Positions 27,016 to 37,160 of a stretch of DNA of 64,000 bases are shown here, one piece after another. Location: the NCBI GenBank assembly GCA_027339635.1, contig DAHWNZ010000003.1, forward strand, positions 27,092-91,091, in the 5' to 3' direction. The notes below the pieces were generated by a model. It worked only from the letters and a program-made list of their open reading frames with translations, was not told the DNA's origin and did not search any database. Within the stretch, counting starts at the first letter, position 1. Each line of letters opens with the position of its first letter. Position numbers and translations under genes: made by a program. Source of the DNA: Candidatus Dormiibacterota bacterium. Its GTDB lineage: Bacteria; Chloroflexota; Dormibacteria; Aeolococcales; Bog-877.

Positions 27016-28416
27016 TTACGAAGGTGGGGGCTTGGGCGCCGCCGCTTTCCGATCTCGGTAAGCCGTGATCTCAGCCATCCTTATTCCGAATGCCTCCTCC
27101 CTACCCTGGGAGGTTGGCTCGTAGATGCGAATGGCTGCAATCTCGGGGGGAAGGTGGGAGTGCCCGACCAGCCCCTCCGGCCTGTCATGCGCATACTCGT
27201 AGCCTTCGCCGAAGCCGTGCTGACGGTCGCGGCTCGTGACCGCGTTGCGCAGATGCAGAGGCACCGGTAGCTGGAGGTGCTGGGAGACCAGGTCGGCCGC
27301 CCTTGAGTAGGCGCGGTATGACGAGTTGCTCTTGGGGGCGAGCGCCAAGAAGATGGCGGCTTCGGAGAGAGGCAGCCGGCACTCAGGCATGCCCACAGCG
27401 GCCGCCGCCTGATGTGCCGCCATGGCCAGGGGAAGGGCCTGCGGCTCGGCGAGCCCGACGTCCTCGGCCGCGAATACGATCATTCGCCGAGCCGGAAGCA
27501 GCGGATCCTCGCCCCCCTCGAGCAACCTGGCAAGCCAGTAGATGGAGGCGTCCGGGTCGCTCCCGCGCATCGACTTTATGAAGGCGGAGAGGACCTGGTA
27601 GTGCAGATCACCCGCCCGGTCGTGGAGAGGGTGGGATGTCTTCAAGGCCCTTGCAATCTGCTCCAGCCCTATCTCCTCGCCATCGGAGACCCCGACTGCC
27701 GCCCTCTCCAGAGTGTTGAGCAGGGAGCGGGCGTCACCGCCGGAGTGGCGGATCAGGAGATCGGCGCTTGCGGGTGCCAAGCGCAGGGAGCGCCTGCCCA
27801 GCCCGCGCTCGCGGTCGCTCAGAGCTCGCTCCAGGAGGGCCCGTAGATCCTCTGTCGCGAGGGGGGCCAGGTCCAGGACCTGCACTCTGGAGAGAAGGGC
27901 ACCGGTCAGCTGGAAGCTGGGATTCTCCGTGGTGGCCCCGATCAGGGTCAGCAGTCCGCTCTCGACGTGAGGGAGGAGGGCGTCCTGTTGAGTTCTGCTG
28001 AAGTGATGGATCTCGTCAAGGAACAGCACGGTCGCCTGGCCCAGCCGTTTGCGGGCGGCCGCCTCCGCCACCACCTTGCGGATGTCGCCGACGCCCGCAC
28101 TCACCGCCGACAGCGAGACCAGGTGTGCCTGTTGGGATCGGGCGAGAAGGCCGGCGATGGTCGTCTTGCCCGTGCCCGGAGGACCGACCAGGATGAGGGA
28201 GGGCAAGCCGACCCCCGATGAGGGCGCGGGGCCTCCGAGTTCCTTCAGGATTTCCGCCTGCCCAAGCACTTCCTGCCAACTCAGGGGGCGCATCCGAGCG
28301 GCGAGGGGTGCCCCCTCCGGGGCAGATCCCGCGTTAGGGTTCACCTCAGGGCGTGCGGAGGGGCCGATGGAGCGGGAGCCACCGCGCCCCTCGGTGCCGG
28401 AGAATAGATCTTCCAT
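27016..28416 (-). CDS. rarA: replication-associated recombination protein A (AAA+ ATPase)
   Basis: Walker A LILVGPPGTGKTTIAGLLA, then VLFLDEIHHFSRTQQDALLPHVESGLLTLIGATTENPSF, and a MgsA C-terminal domain (YWLARLLEGGEDP). I chose ATG 28414-28416 (MEDLFSG). The 182 codons upstream in the track ORF overlap the divergent ThDP gene. Confidence 0.9.
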   Translation of the reverse strand: MEDLFSGTEGRGGSRSIGPSARPEVNPNAGSAPEGAPLAARMRPLSWQEVLGQAEILKELGGPAPSSGVGLPSLILVGPPGTGKTTIAGLLARSQQAHLVSLSAVSAGVGDIRKVVAEAAARKRLGQATVLFLDEIHHFSRTQQDALLPHVESGLLTLIGATTENPSFQLTGALLSRVQVLDLAPLATEDLRALLERALSDRERGLGRRSLRLAPASADLLIRHSGGDARSLLNTLERAAVGVSDGEEIGLEQIARALKTSHPLHDRAGDLHYQVLSAFIKSMRGSDPDASIYWLARLLEGGEDPLLPARRMIVFAAEDVGLAEPQALPLAMAAHQAAAAVGMPECRLPLSEAAIFLALAPKSNSSYRAYSRAADLVSQHLQLPVPLHLRNAVTSRDRQHGFGEGYEYAHDRPEGLVGHSHLPPEIAAIRIYEPTSQGREEAFGIRMAEITAYRDRKAAAPKPPPS

Positions 28417-28579
28417 CTCGCCATCTTGCCTCGGGCGGGGGCGACAGCGCTTGTGCCGAGCACACCTGAGGCGGGAATCCGTCCAGCGCCGACGGGTGTT
28501 TCCTCCGCTGCGTCGGGACCCCTGCAATTGCGATCCTTGTTGCAGCGGAGGCGTCGGGCGCAGCAATTGGGAGCACGAG

Positions 28580-30229
28580 ATGTCACCTGAAAGTACGACT
28601 GGCGGCGGGCTGGCGGCGTCCGCCCTGCGGGCGCTTGGCGCTGATGTCATATTCACTCTGCCCGGGAGCCACATCGGGCATCTCCTCGAACGGGTGCGCC
28701 ACCTGGGGGCCAACGCGATCTCCGTGCGCCACGAGGAGAATGCCGTTCTCATGGCGGAGGGGTGGGCCCTGGCGACGGGTAGCACCGGGGTGGCGGTGGT
28801 CACCGCCGGTCCCGGACTGGCCAATGCTCTGCCGGGGATCATCGAGGTGAATTCGGCCGGCGCGCCGGTTCTGGTGCTGGCCGGCCGCACCGCCGTGTCC
28901 AAGAGGGGCCGCGGGGCAGTGCAGGACCTGGGGCAGCTCCAGGAGGTTGCCGCAGTGACCAAGTGGAGCGCTGAGTGCCTGGAGCCTCAGCGGGTTGGCG
29001 AGTACGTCGTGGAAGCGTATCGGCAGGCGTCCTGGGGGAGCCCCGGAGTGGCGTACCTCGAAATCCCGGAGGACGTTCTGGATGCAGTGACCCCTGGCGC
29101 GCCGCCGCCAACCCTTCCCCCCATCTATCGCCCGGTGCCGGAGGAGGGCGGCCTGGAACGAGCCATCGCGTTGCTGCAGGGCGCGGAGCGGCCGCTGCTG
29201 TTGGCCGGCTCGGGGGCCCACTTCTCGAAAGCGGGCGATGCGCTGCTCAATTTCGCGCAGCGCACGGGCATTCCCGTGACGACCACCAGCGCCGCTCGCG
29301 GTCTCCTCGACGACGACGACCCGCTTTGTCTCGGGAGCCTGGTGCATGGAGGGGCGGTACTGGTGGGCGCCGATCTGGCGCTGGTCGTGGGGTCCCGGTT
29401 CAACGCCAACCTGATGTACGGCAACCCCCCACTCTTCGCGGAAGATCAGGTTGTGATTCAGATCGACCTTCGAGCGGAGAACCTCGGCGGTCCACGGACC
29501 CCAACTCTGGGGCTGGTGGGAGACGCTGGGGCAACGCTCAACGCACTGGCGGGGGCCTGGCCCGGGTCGCCGAGCCGTTGGGACAGCTGGCGAAACCAGG
29601 CGCGTAGCACAGCCGCCATGAGCCGCGAAGTGTGGTCCGCGGAAGCCGAGCAAGATGTCGAGGGCATCGCCGCCGGATGGCTGGCGCGCCAGGTGGCGGC
29701 TGCATTCGAGCAGCGGGGAGGTGGAACCTGGGTCTCTGACGGCGGTGACAGCGTGACGTGGGGGATCGCCTTCTCCCCGGCCCACCGGCCAGGTTCCAAC
29801 ATGCTGATAGGGTCGGCGATGGGGACGCTTGGCGTGGGTCTCCCATTCGCGATCGCCGCCGGAGTCGCCAGGCCGGGTGAACCGGTCGTGCTGTTCACGG
29901 GAGACGGCGGGTTTGGCTTCTCGGCCATGGAGTTGCACACCGCCGCTCGCCAGAAGGTCGGAGTGATCGTCGTGGTCGTCAACAACGGTGTCTGGAGGGG
30001 GCCCGGCAGTTCCGCGAGCGAACCCCGGGTTGACTTCGACTACGCCGCCATGGGGCGGGCAGCGGGAGGATCGGGAGTCAGGATCACCGCGAAGGCGGAA
30101 CTGGAGCCCGCCCTCCGTGAGGCCTTTCTGGTGGCTGAGTCCGGGAAACCGTGTGTTCTCGACGTTGAGTGCAACCCCCGAGTCGTGAGTGCTCTGCTGC
30201 GCAGCGTCGACGAGTTGGGGTTGATGTAG
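28580..30229 (+). CDS. thiamine-diphosphate-dependent enzyme (acetolactate synthase large subunit / benzoylformate decarboxylase-like)
   Basis: I chose ATG 28580, giving 549 aa. N-terminal PYR domain (VRHEENAVLMAEGWALATGSTGVAVVTAGPGLANALPG) and a ThDP motif region (LFTGDGGFGFSAMELHTAARQKVGVIVVVVNNG). Confidence 0.85.
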   Translation: MSPESTTGGGLAASALRALGADVIFTLPGSHIGHLLERVRHLGANAISVRHEENAVLMAEGWALATGSTGVAVVTAGPGLANALPGIIEVNSAGAPVLVLAGRTAVSKRGRGAVQDLGQLQEVAAVTKWSAECLEPQRVGEYVVEAYRQASWGSPGVAYLEIPEDVLDAVTPGAPPPTLPPIYRPVPEEGGLERAIALLQGAERPLLLAGSGAHFSKAGDALLNFAQRTGIPVTTTSAARGLLDDDDPLCLGSLVHGGAVLVGADLALVVGSRFNANLMYGNPPLFAEDQVVIQIDLRAENLGGPRTPTLGLVGDAGATLNALAGAWPGSPSRWDSWRNQARSTAAMSREVWSAEAEQDVEGIAAGWLARQVAAAFEQRGGGTWVSDGGDSVTWGIAFSPAHRPGSNMLIGSAMGTLGVGLPFAIAAGVARPGEPVVLFTGDGGFGFSAMELHTAARQKVGVIVVVVNNGVWRGPGSSASEPRVDFDYAAMGRAAGGSGVRITAKAELEPALREAFLVAESGKPCVLDVECNPRVVSALLRSVDELGLM

Positions 30230-30403
30230 GTACCGCCTGGCCAAGGAGGATCGCGTCGGAGCAGTCACCCCCAGGCGGGCGATCTGAAGATCGGGTGACG
30301 AAGTCGAGCGCCCTGGGTAGGAGCGGGCGGTAGGGCGTTGTCTAGTCAGAGGGCAAACCTCTCCGCGGTCCGAGCGGACTTGGCATTCACACGGGAGGTA
30401 CGC

Positions 30404-30847
30404 ATGCCAGCCTTTCTTTTGACCCTTCGCGCCACCGCCACCATGCTTGTCGGCAAGGGAGCGGCGGCGGTTGCAGCCGGTGCGTTGATCGGGACTGGCG
30501 GGGTGGTATTGGTGTCGACACAGCTGCCAAGTCCCCCTTCGGGGACCCATGGTGCCCTCGTGGTTCAGGCCGTCCGCGAAACCTGCCGAGCGCTTCATCC
30601 AGGGGACCGAGCGGGCTCGGCACCGACACCCACTGCCACGGTGACCCCGGGCGCCTTCGGCCGCTGTGTCAGCTCGGTGGCGAAGCAGACCGCTGGTCAT
30701 CCCCTCAACACGGGGCCGGGAGCGCGGCCAGCGGGCGGGAATGCATCTGCCGGTCATGGAAAGGACGGGACCGCGGGCCCCCCGGCGTGGGCCAAGGCCA
30801 AGGGTCGCCATCTGGAGATGGCGCCTCGACCTGGCTCTCGGCGCTGA
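30404..30847 (+). CDS. hypothetical secreted or membrane-anchored protein
   Basis: ATG 30404 with GGGAGG 6 nt upstream. It has an N-terminal hydrophobic anchor and a repeated motif, HGALVVQAVRE / FGRCVSSVAKQ. Confidence 0.5.
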   Translation: MPAFLLTLRATATMLVGKGAAAVAAGALIGTGGVVLVSTQLPSPPSGTHGALVVQAVRETCRALHPGDRAGSAPTPTATVTPGAFGRCVSSVAKQTAGHPLNTGPGARPAGGNASAGHGKDGTAGPPAWAKAKGRHLEMAPRPGSRR

Positions 30848-30905
30848 CCGTCACCGACTCTCTGCCCACAAGGTTCGACCTCGCCGCTCCCCATAGACTG
30901 CTTGA

Positions 30906-31436
30906 GTGGATGCATGTGACGGGGTAGTCCGAGCCGCGACCGAAACCGACCTGGGTGCGCTCGCGGAGTTGTGGTTGCGATCACGCCGCGCCACGTCGCT
31001 CATCCCACCTCCCGTTCACAGCGACGACGAGGTCCGAGCCTGGTTCCGTGATGAGGTTGTGCCCTCCGGTGATGCTTGGGTCGCCACCCGCGCAACCACT
31101 TTGGTGGCCATGATGGTGCTCGAAGCGGATTGGGTCGAGCAGCTGTACGTGGATCCCGCAAGAGTGAGACAGGGGTATGGCTCGCTCTTGCTGAGGTTCG
31201 CGCAGTCCTCCCGAAGCGAGCTGGCGCTGTGGACCTTCGAGGCCAACACGCCCGCGCGGGCGTTCTATGAGCGGCACGGGTTCCGGGTCAGGGGACAGGC
31301 CAGCTGCGACAACGAGGAAGGCCACCCGGCGCTGCGCTACTGCTGGAAGCGCGAGGGACATTGCGAGGCGGCGTCAGGCCGTGCCGTTAGAACTGGTCAG
31401 GCTGATGGCCGCCTCCGGCCCGAATCTCATGGCTGA
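30906..31436 (+). CDS. GNAT-family N-acetyltransferase
   Basis: LYVDPARVRQGYGSLLLRFA (acetyl-CoA binding Q/RxxGxG/A) and ANTPARAFYERHGF. Confidence 0.8.
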   Translation: MDACDGVVRAATETDLGALAELWLRSRRATSLIPPPVHSDDEVRAWFRDEVVPSGDAWVATRATTLVAMMVLEADWVEQLYVDPARVRQGYGSLLLRFAQSSRSELALWTFEANTPARAFYERHGFRVRGQASCDNEEGHPALRYCWKREGHCEAASGRAVRTGQADGRLRPESHG

Positions 31437-31730
31437 CGCCAGGCGGGCCCGCCCCCGCCCATGGCGCGGACGCCCTGGGCTGATGAATTGGAAAAGCGAC
31501 CTGCCAACCTCCATGACGCGGGCTGACGACGTCCAAGCAGTGAGCGAGAGGGCGTTCGCGGGACCCGGCCCGGCTCCAGGGGGTGCCATTCCCGCAGATC
31601 ACGACGGGGGTCGGCGAGAGTGCCTCACCCTCCTCCGGCTCCTGCGTTGGTCCGGGATCGCCGGGCTGCGACGTACCCTTAGGAGTTGTGGCCCTGACCT
31701 TCGGCGGGGCCCCTCAGGAGGAGCTTCTAT

Positions 31731-33305
31731 TTGACGGTCGGACCGAGAACGGGAGCTCAGGTGACCCTTGAGGCGCTGCTCGCTTCAGGAGTGGATGTCT
31801 GCTTCGCCAACCCAGGCACCACCGAGATAGAGGTCGTGGCAGCCTTGAGCCGTGTCCCCGCGATGCGATCGATCTTGGGCCTGTTCGAGGGAGTCGTGAC
31901 CGGTGCCGCGGACGGATACGGGCGCATGGCAGGGCACCCCGCCGCCACCCTGTTGCACCTGGGCCCGGGGTTGGGCAATGGCCTTGCCAACCTGCACAAT
32001 GCGCGCCGCGCCAGGACGCCCATCGTGAACTTGGTTGGAGACCACGCCAGCCACCACCAGAGGTACGATGCCCCGCTGCAGTCGGATATAGAGAGCCTGG
32101 CACGCCCGGTTTCGGGCTGGTACCAGCGCACGTCTCGGCGCGAGGACTTGGCCCGGGATGCCGCGGCGGCGGTTGTCGCCGCCCAGGGTCCGCCCGGGGC
32201 TGTCGCAACCCTGGTGGTGCCAGCCGATCTCTGGTGGTCGACGAGCCCCGAGGTCGAGCTCGTTCCCAGGGTTGCGCCCAAGCCTCTGAGTGAGGTCGGC
32301 GATGAGGCCGTGGCCGAGGTCGAGGCAGCTCTTAGGTCCGGAGGGCCGGCCGCCCTTCTCATGGGAGCAGGGGCGAACTGCGAGCCGGCCCTGCGGGCCG
32401 CGAGCCGGGTGGCGGCGGCGACCGGCGCCCGCCTCCTGGGAGAGACCTTCTCCGCCCGGCTCGAGAGAGGGGGCGGCCTGCCGGAACTGGAGCGGGTCGC
32501 CTACCTCGGCGAGTTCGCAACAGCCCAACTGCAGGGGCTTCGGACCTTGGTCCTGGTCGAGGCTAGAGCGCCTGTGTCCTTCTTCGCCTATCCGGAGCGC
32601 CCCAGCTTGCTTGCACCCGAGGGGTGCCGGGCGGTGAGCCTGAGTCAGCCGGGGCAGGACTCGGTGGCAGCCCTTCTGGAACTTTGTGAACGACTCCACG
32701 CCGGCGCTCTCGGGCTCCCGCCTCCCGTGGTCACGCGTGGTGCTCGCCCCACGGGAGCGATCGACGTCACGACATTCGCCGCCGCGGTTGCAGCGGTGCT
32801 TCCGGAGGGTGCGATCGTCTCCGACGAGGCCAACACCTCTGGAACGATGCTTCTTGGCGCAACCGCCAGCGCTCCCCGGCACGACTGGCTCTCACTGACG
32901 GGAGGCGCCATTGGCCAGGGTCTGCCGGTCGCGACCGGTGCCGCGGTCGCCTGCCCTGACCGCCCCGTGCTCTGCTTGGAGGCGGATGGCAGTGCCATGT
33001 ACACCCTGCAGGCGCTGTGGACCCAGGCCAGGGAGAGTTTGAACGTCACCACCGTGCTGCTGAACAACGGCTCTTACGCCATCCTCGAATTCGAGCTGAA
33101 CCGACTTGCGAGCGCAGCCGGCGGGGGCGGCGCCCGCCAGCTGCTCTCACTGGCCGGGCCAGCGCTCGACTGGGTAGCGCTGGCCCGTGGCCTGGGCGTC
33201 GCCGCATCTCGGGCCACGACCGCTGAGGAGCTGACCGGCCAGTTGAGCAGGGCCATGACCGAGCCCGGGCCAGCCCTGATCGAGGCTGTTCTGCATGGCG
33301 CGTGA
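31731..33305 (+). CDS. thiamine-diphosphate-dependent enzyme (acetolactate synthase-like, second paralogue)
   Basis: 524 aa with FANPGTTEIEVVAAL, GVVTGAADGYGRMAGHPAATLLHLGPGLGNGLANLHNA and EADGSAMYTLQALWTQARESLNVTTVLLNNG. Confidence 0.85.
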   Translation: MTVGPRTGAQVTLEALLASGVDVCFANPGTTEIEVVAALSRVPAMRSILGLFEGVVTGAADGYGRMAGHPAATLLHLGPGLGNGLANLHNARRARTPIVNLVGDHASHHQRYDAPLQSDIESLARPVSGWYQRTSRREDLARDAAAAVVAAQGPPGAVATLVVPADLWWSTSPEVELVPRVAPKPLSEVGDEAVAEVEAALRSGGPAALLMGAGANCEPALRAASRVAAATGARLLGETFSARLERGGGLPELERVAYLGEFATAQLQGLRTLVLVEARAPVSFFAYPERPSLLAPEGCRAVSLSQPGQDSVAALLELCERLHAGALGLPPPVVTRGARPTGAIDVTTFAAAVAAVLPEGAIVSDEANTSGTMLLGATASAPRHDWLSLTGGAIGQGLPVATGAAVACPDRPVLCLEADGSAMYTLQALWTQARESLNVTTVLLNNGSYAILEFELNRLASAAGGGGARQLLSLAGPALDWVALARGLGVAASRATTAEELTGQLSRAMTEPGPALIEAVLHGA

Positions 33306-33491
33306 CCACCAGTCAGGCGGTGCGACGCTGGTTTGACGTTCCCCCACTCAGGCGATCCTCCAGGTGTCCCGCCGCCTGGGCCAGCGAGCCGAACGACTCT
33401 GGACGCGCCGGCACGACCCGGAATCGGGGCGTGGTGCCCGCTACCGGGATCCGGCCAATTCGCGACTTTCCTCCCTGCGGCACGCTTTCTG

Positions 33492-34090
33492 TCAGGGCCC
33501 GGTCACATCTGCACGAGCACGCGATCTCCACACAGTGGATGCGATGGCGGTGACCGTGGCCGAGACATCGGTCAGGGCTTGGTCGGGACGGGCCAGGGAG
33601 TCAAAGGTCTCGAAGCTGGTGAGCGCGAATAGCACCCGGAGGGCCCTCGAGGTCGGTGGTGGGGAGGTGTTGAACGTGCAAGCCGTTTGCAAGCACCTCG
33701 AGCCCCTGGCACCGGCGATCATCCCGCTTGGAGATGACGGCCCCGACCTCTTCTTCCAGAGAGGCTAGGGCCCTGAGGCGGCGCATGACGTGGCGGTCCG
33801 GATCCCAGAAGCGCCCACACCAGGTGATGAACTACCCGACCGCCTCGACAGGATCATGGGCCATGAAAGCCCCCGCGATGTCACCCACGTGACCCGCCTC
33901 GGCAAGCGCGTCACAGAGAGCCTCGAGCAGGCCGGTCTTGGACGAGAACTGATAGTAGACCGTGGCCCGGGCGACCGCGGCCCAGCCTCGTGCCGTCCCG
34001 CGACGGGGAATAAAAGGCGTCCGCCTGCGGCCGTCACCCAGGATGGGGATCGCTCTGACACAAACCGGGCCGTGTCCCTTTTGCTCAGGT
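33492..34090 (-). pseudogene. TetR-family regulator relic (nonsense plus frameshift)
   Basis: The HTH signature VARATVYYQFSSKTGLLEALCDALAEAG runs into an in-frame TAG at 33832-33834 (DPVEAVG*FITWCGRFWDPD). The C-terminal part (RALRVLFALTSFETFDSLARPDQ) is readable only in another frame from ~33650. Confidence 0.65.
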
Positions 34091-34132
34091 GATCAGCGGG
34101 TCCTCCTTTGGGCCGCGAGGCGCGGGCGCGGA

Positions 34133-34699
34133 TCAAGCCCGGTTGCCACTGGCGAACCAGTCCTCAGCGAGGATCGCCATGAGATCGGCGTCGACCCAGA
34201 CTCCATCCCATAGCAGAGCCTCGCGCTTGGTGCCCTCGTGCGCGAACCCCAACTGCTGATAGACGTGGCGCGCCCGTGGGTTGAATGCGTAGACGTCCAA
34301 TTCGATCCGGTGGAGACCGACCGTTTCGAACGCGTGAGCGAGCACAAGCTTGGTGGCCTCCCTGCCCAGCCCGCGGCCGAAATAGGTCGGTCCCAGCAGC
34401 AGGATGCGAAAGCCACAAGAGAGGTTGTCTGGGCTGAGGCCATTCAGGACAACTTCACCTGCCCACTCGCCGGTCGCCTTCTCGACTATGGAGAGGTCGA
34501 GCCGGTCTTCGGGTTCGGCCCTCGACTGATACCACTGTTCCAAAGACTCCAGGTTCGGCGTTCCGTGCGAGCCGGTAAGCCTGATGGTCTCACTGCTCAG
34601 CTCAGCGAGTCTGGCGGCGTCGGAGCCGCAGACCGGCCGCAGGACCACGAGATCACCCTCAAGGGTTGGCTTCTGCGCGAAGGTGATTCGGGCGGGCAC
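34133..34699 (-). CDS. GNAT-family acetyltransferase (RimJ/RimL-like)
   Basis: 188 aa with LVVLRPVCGSDAARL, GRGLGREATKLVLAHAFETVGLHRIELDVYAFNPRARHVYQQLGF. Confidence 0.82.
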   Translation of the reverse strand: MPARITFAQKPTLEGDLVVLRPVCGSDAARLAELSSETIRLTGSHGTPNLESLEQWYQSRAEPEDRLDLSIVEKATGEWAGEVVLNGLSPDNLSCGFRILLLGPTYFGRGLGREATKLVLAHAFETVGLHRIELDVYAFNPRARHVYQQLGFAHEGTKREALLWDGVWVDADLMAILAEDWFASGNRA

Positions 34700-35146
34700 A
34701 TCGCGACTATAGCGGGGGGCCGCGTTGGGCCCCAGTGATGCGAGGACAAGGACACCTGGTGGGGTTGGGAGTCCCTAGCTGGCCTCCAACGGTCCGCAGA
34801 CCGGGGCTCGTCGAGGGGACGGGCCCAGGCCCCCCGGTCTTGTGGCACATGCCGTGCTAGTGGGCTGTGGGCTCCTGAGGCGCGGTCGCCGTCTGGGTCC
34901 CACATTGCCTTTCGGACCGTGCCACCGCCGGCCCTACTCTCGGTCGACCCACCCCCGTTGTGAGTAGCGTGGTCGGGTCCGCACCTGCAGTGTGGCCATC
35001 GCGAGCAGCCATCGAGCGGCCACGGCAAGGGGAGGGTGAAGCCGCGGGTTGCCCGCGGAGGGTGGCCGGCGACGCTCAACAGCATCGACCGGTAGCAGCG
35101 TACCGTACGTGGGGCGAACAACACCGGAAGATGCAGGGGGCAACCC

Positions 35147-35542
35147 GTGACCAGCTGCCTGAGCGACATCATCGTCGACAGCCGCGAACCTGCGACCCTG
35201 GCCAAGTGGTGGGCTGAGACCTTGGGATACTCCATCTTGCGCCAGTCCGACGAAGGATGGGTCGCGATTGGTCCCTGGGCCTCCGAGTCAGATCGACCCG
35301 ATGAGAACTCCTATCGGAGAGGGCCGCAACCGCCGGCGATCGTGTTCGTACCGGTGGCTGACCCGCGCCTGGTGAAGAACCGGGTCCATCTCGACATCTG
35401 GCCGGTTGACAGGAACCGTGACGAGGAAGTGGCCGCTCTGCTCAACCGCGGCGCCGCCTTGGCCGACGTGGGTCAGGGTGACACCCCCTGGAAGGTCCTC
35501 ACCGATCCCGAGGGCAACGTCTTCTGCGTCCTCAGCACCTGA
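35147..35542 (+). CDS. VOC/glyoxalase-like domain protein
   Basis: 131 aa with IIVDSREPATLAKWWAETLGY, NRVHLDIWP and KVLTDPEGNVFCVL. Confidence 0.72.
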   Translation: MTSCLSDIIVDSREPATLAKWWAETLGYSILRQSDEGWVAIGPWASESDRPDENSYRRGPQPPAIVFVPVADPRLVKNRVHLDIWPVDRNRDEEVAALLNRGAALADVGQGDTPWKVLTDPEGNVFCVLST

Positions 35543-35671
35543 TGCCGGCGGTTGTGGCGTGATATGTTCGCGAAGGGAATCCGGCCTCAACCCCGACTTG
35601 GATCGCCACCGCATCACCGGCCAGGCGGGCACGACGAGATCCCAGGTGAATTGGGCGGGAGCGTTCCGTGA

Positions 35672-36165
35672 TCACGAGACCCAAGCCGGCGACGAAGTGC
35701 CGCGGGTTTTGCTAACTGGCCAGTGGAATCGCTTCGGGCGATCGTCAAGGGGCTTGAGGACGTGGCCGGGCTCCGCTCCGGCGTGCCAACCACATAGATG
35801 CCGGCCGGTTTGCTTGAGCATCCGGGCTGTGTTGAGTGGCATGAGTTTCAAAGCGTAGTGACGGGGAGGGTGCCGGCACCGCGGGTGCGAGATGACCAGC
35901 CGGCGTATGACACTGAGCCTGGCGTTTACGACCGACGGGTCCTTGGCGGACGTTGTAGGCCCATTTTGCGATTCGTGCTCGCCGTCCGCCGAGGCGGTGC
36001 TCTTTACAACCGCCCCTTTCGGTCATCCTCAGGGGGCGGCACGGCGCGGCAGATTTGCGGCCCCCCGACGTGGTGTGGGTTGTCCAGCCCATGACCGACA
36101 AGAGTGCGAGGCACGCGGGGCATCTGGACATCGCTAGGGATCTGCTTGACGGCCGCAGGCGGCTG
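35672..36165 (+). pseudogene. DinB/DUF664-like protein relic (nonsense plus frameshift)
   Basis: SLRAIVKGLEDVAGLRSGVPTT*MPAGLLEHPGCVEWHEF contains an in-frame TAG. The family's C-terminal motif DVVWVVQPMTDKSARHAGHLDIARDLLDG lies in a different frame. Boundaries are approximate. Confidence 0.55.
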
Positions 36166-36169
36166 GATG

Positions 36170-36915
36170 GCCGTTGCCCTGCCGAGAGCTGTGGCGGTCC
36201 AGAGTTCCTGGAGGCCGGAATCGTGGTCGACGAGACCCGCCACCAGTGCCTGCGGGAAACTCAAGGAGAAAGTCGTCTCCATGCCGAGGACGAAGACACG
36301 AGAGGGCCTGGCGACCCGGCCTACGGGCCGACTTAGGGACGCATCGAGCCCCTTCCCGGGCGAGCCGTAGGTGACCTTCTACGCGGAGGAGTTCGTGCCG
36401 CTCAACCGGCTGGCCGGCAGCGGGACGCAGGCACCGGGAAGAGTGCGGAACCAGGCATGGTGTCGCGGCAGCGGATGCGCGGCCCGGTGTCAGGGGCACC
36501 AAGGGGTGGGTACAGTGCTCGTCACCTGTTGCCTCCGCCAAGACACGGTGTTCGGGCGCGTCAAGCTGCGGTGGCACCAGGCTCGGTTTCTGGCGGTCCG
36601 CCGCCAGCTCTGGCCAATCTGCGCGCCAAATCTGGGGATTGCGATTGGCTGTGACAACCTTCGCCCCCACCCGATCACCGCCGAGAACGGTTGGGTCGGC
36701 GCGTGGTCGTCGCGGAACTTTGTGGAGATCGCTTGCACCACTACCACCTCCTGCCGATCACACAGGCTGGACTCCTAGTTCTCAGCGCTGCTCCGCTTCG
36801 CGCTCGATGTCACCGGCCACTCCAGCCACCGCGACCGGACGAGCACGATCCGCCGTTACATCATCAGCCGCAGCAACCGCGTTGGCGACGACTGGCCAGG
36901 GTAGCCCGTCGCTCG
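36170..36915 (+). mobile_element. IS630-family DDE transposase relic (5'-truncated, nonsense plus frameshift; non-functional)
   Basis: Pieces read across frames: SMPRTKTREG..PFPGEP*VTFYAEEFVPLN.., QGHQGVGTVLVTCCLRQDTVFGRVKLRWHQARFLAVRRQLWPICAPNLGIAIGCDNLRPH, NFVEIACTTTTSC, then after a frame change FSALLRFALDVTGHSSHRDRTSTIRRYIISRSN. They follow my recollection of the actinobacterial IS630-type pattern (FQRTKTWKES..FAFDEFGPL..ATYHRTHGVR..ILDNLSAHK..VELCFTPTYASW..HFGPLRQF..YLRWRN). There is an in-frame TAG at 36368-36370 and no HTH region. I identified no inverted repeats. Confidence 0.6.
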
Positions 36916-37160
36916 GGCAAGCGTTGGCCGAGGCGGCACGGGGACCCGTGTCCCCCGCGCACCTTGGCCGCATGGACTCCCGCTCCTGAGGCCGCCCCCG
37001 GCCCCGTCATTGGTCCCGTCACAATGACTTTGAAATGGTCGCTGACCGACTGCGGCGTCACCCGGGCCCCACTTTCACCCGATGTGCGCCGCTGTCCCGT
37101 CGGGTATGCCAAGATTGACGCGCGGGTGACGCCCACTTCCTTGAGGAGGGATGAGGACAA

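Noticed and set aside
28049-28962. Mutually overlapping 5' extensions of the rarA ORF (to 28962) and the ThDP-enzyme ORF (from 28049). These could have suggested overlapping genes.
   Set aside because: Homology for both proteins begins only at ATG 28416 (rarA) and ATG 28580 (ThDP). The extensions are low-complexity and would overlap each other by ~900 nt.
33832-36370. Three in-frame TAG codons (in the TetR, DinB-like and IS630 relics) as possible evidence of TAG recoding or readthrough.
   Set aside because: TAG is the ordinary terminator of many intact genes in this window, including the ATPase at 19009, L25 at 27006, the ThDP enzyme at 30229, the rSAM at 23280 and the ARH-like gene at 15441. 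The same relics also need frameshifts. Pseudogenisation is the simpler reading.
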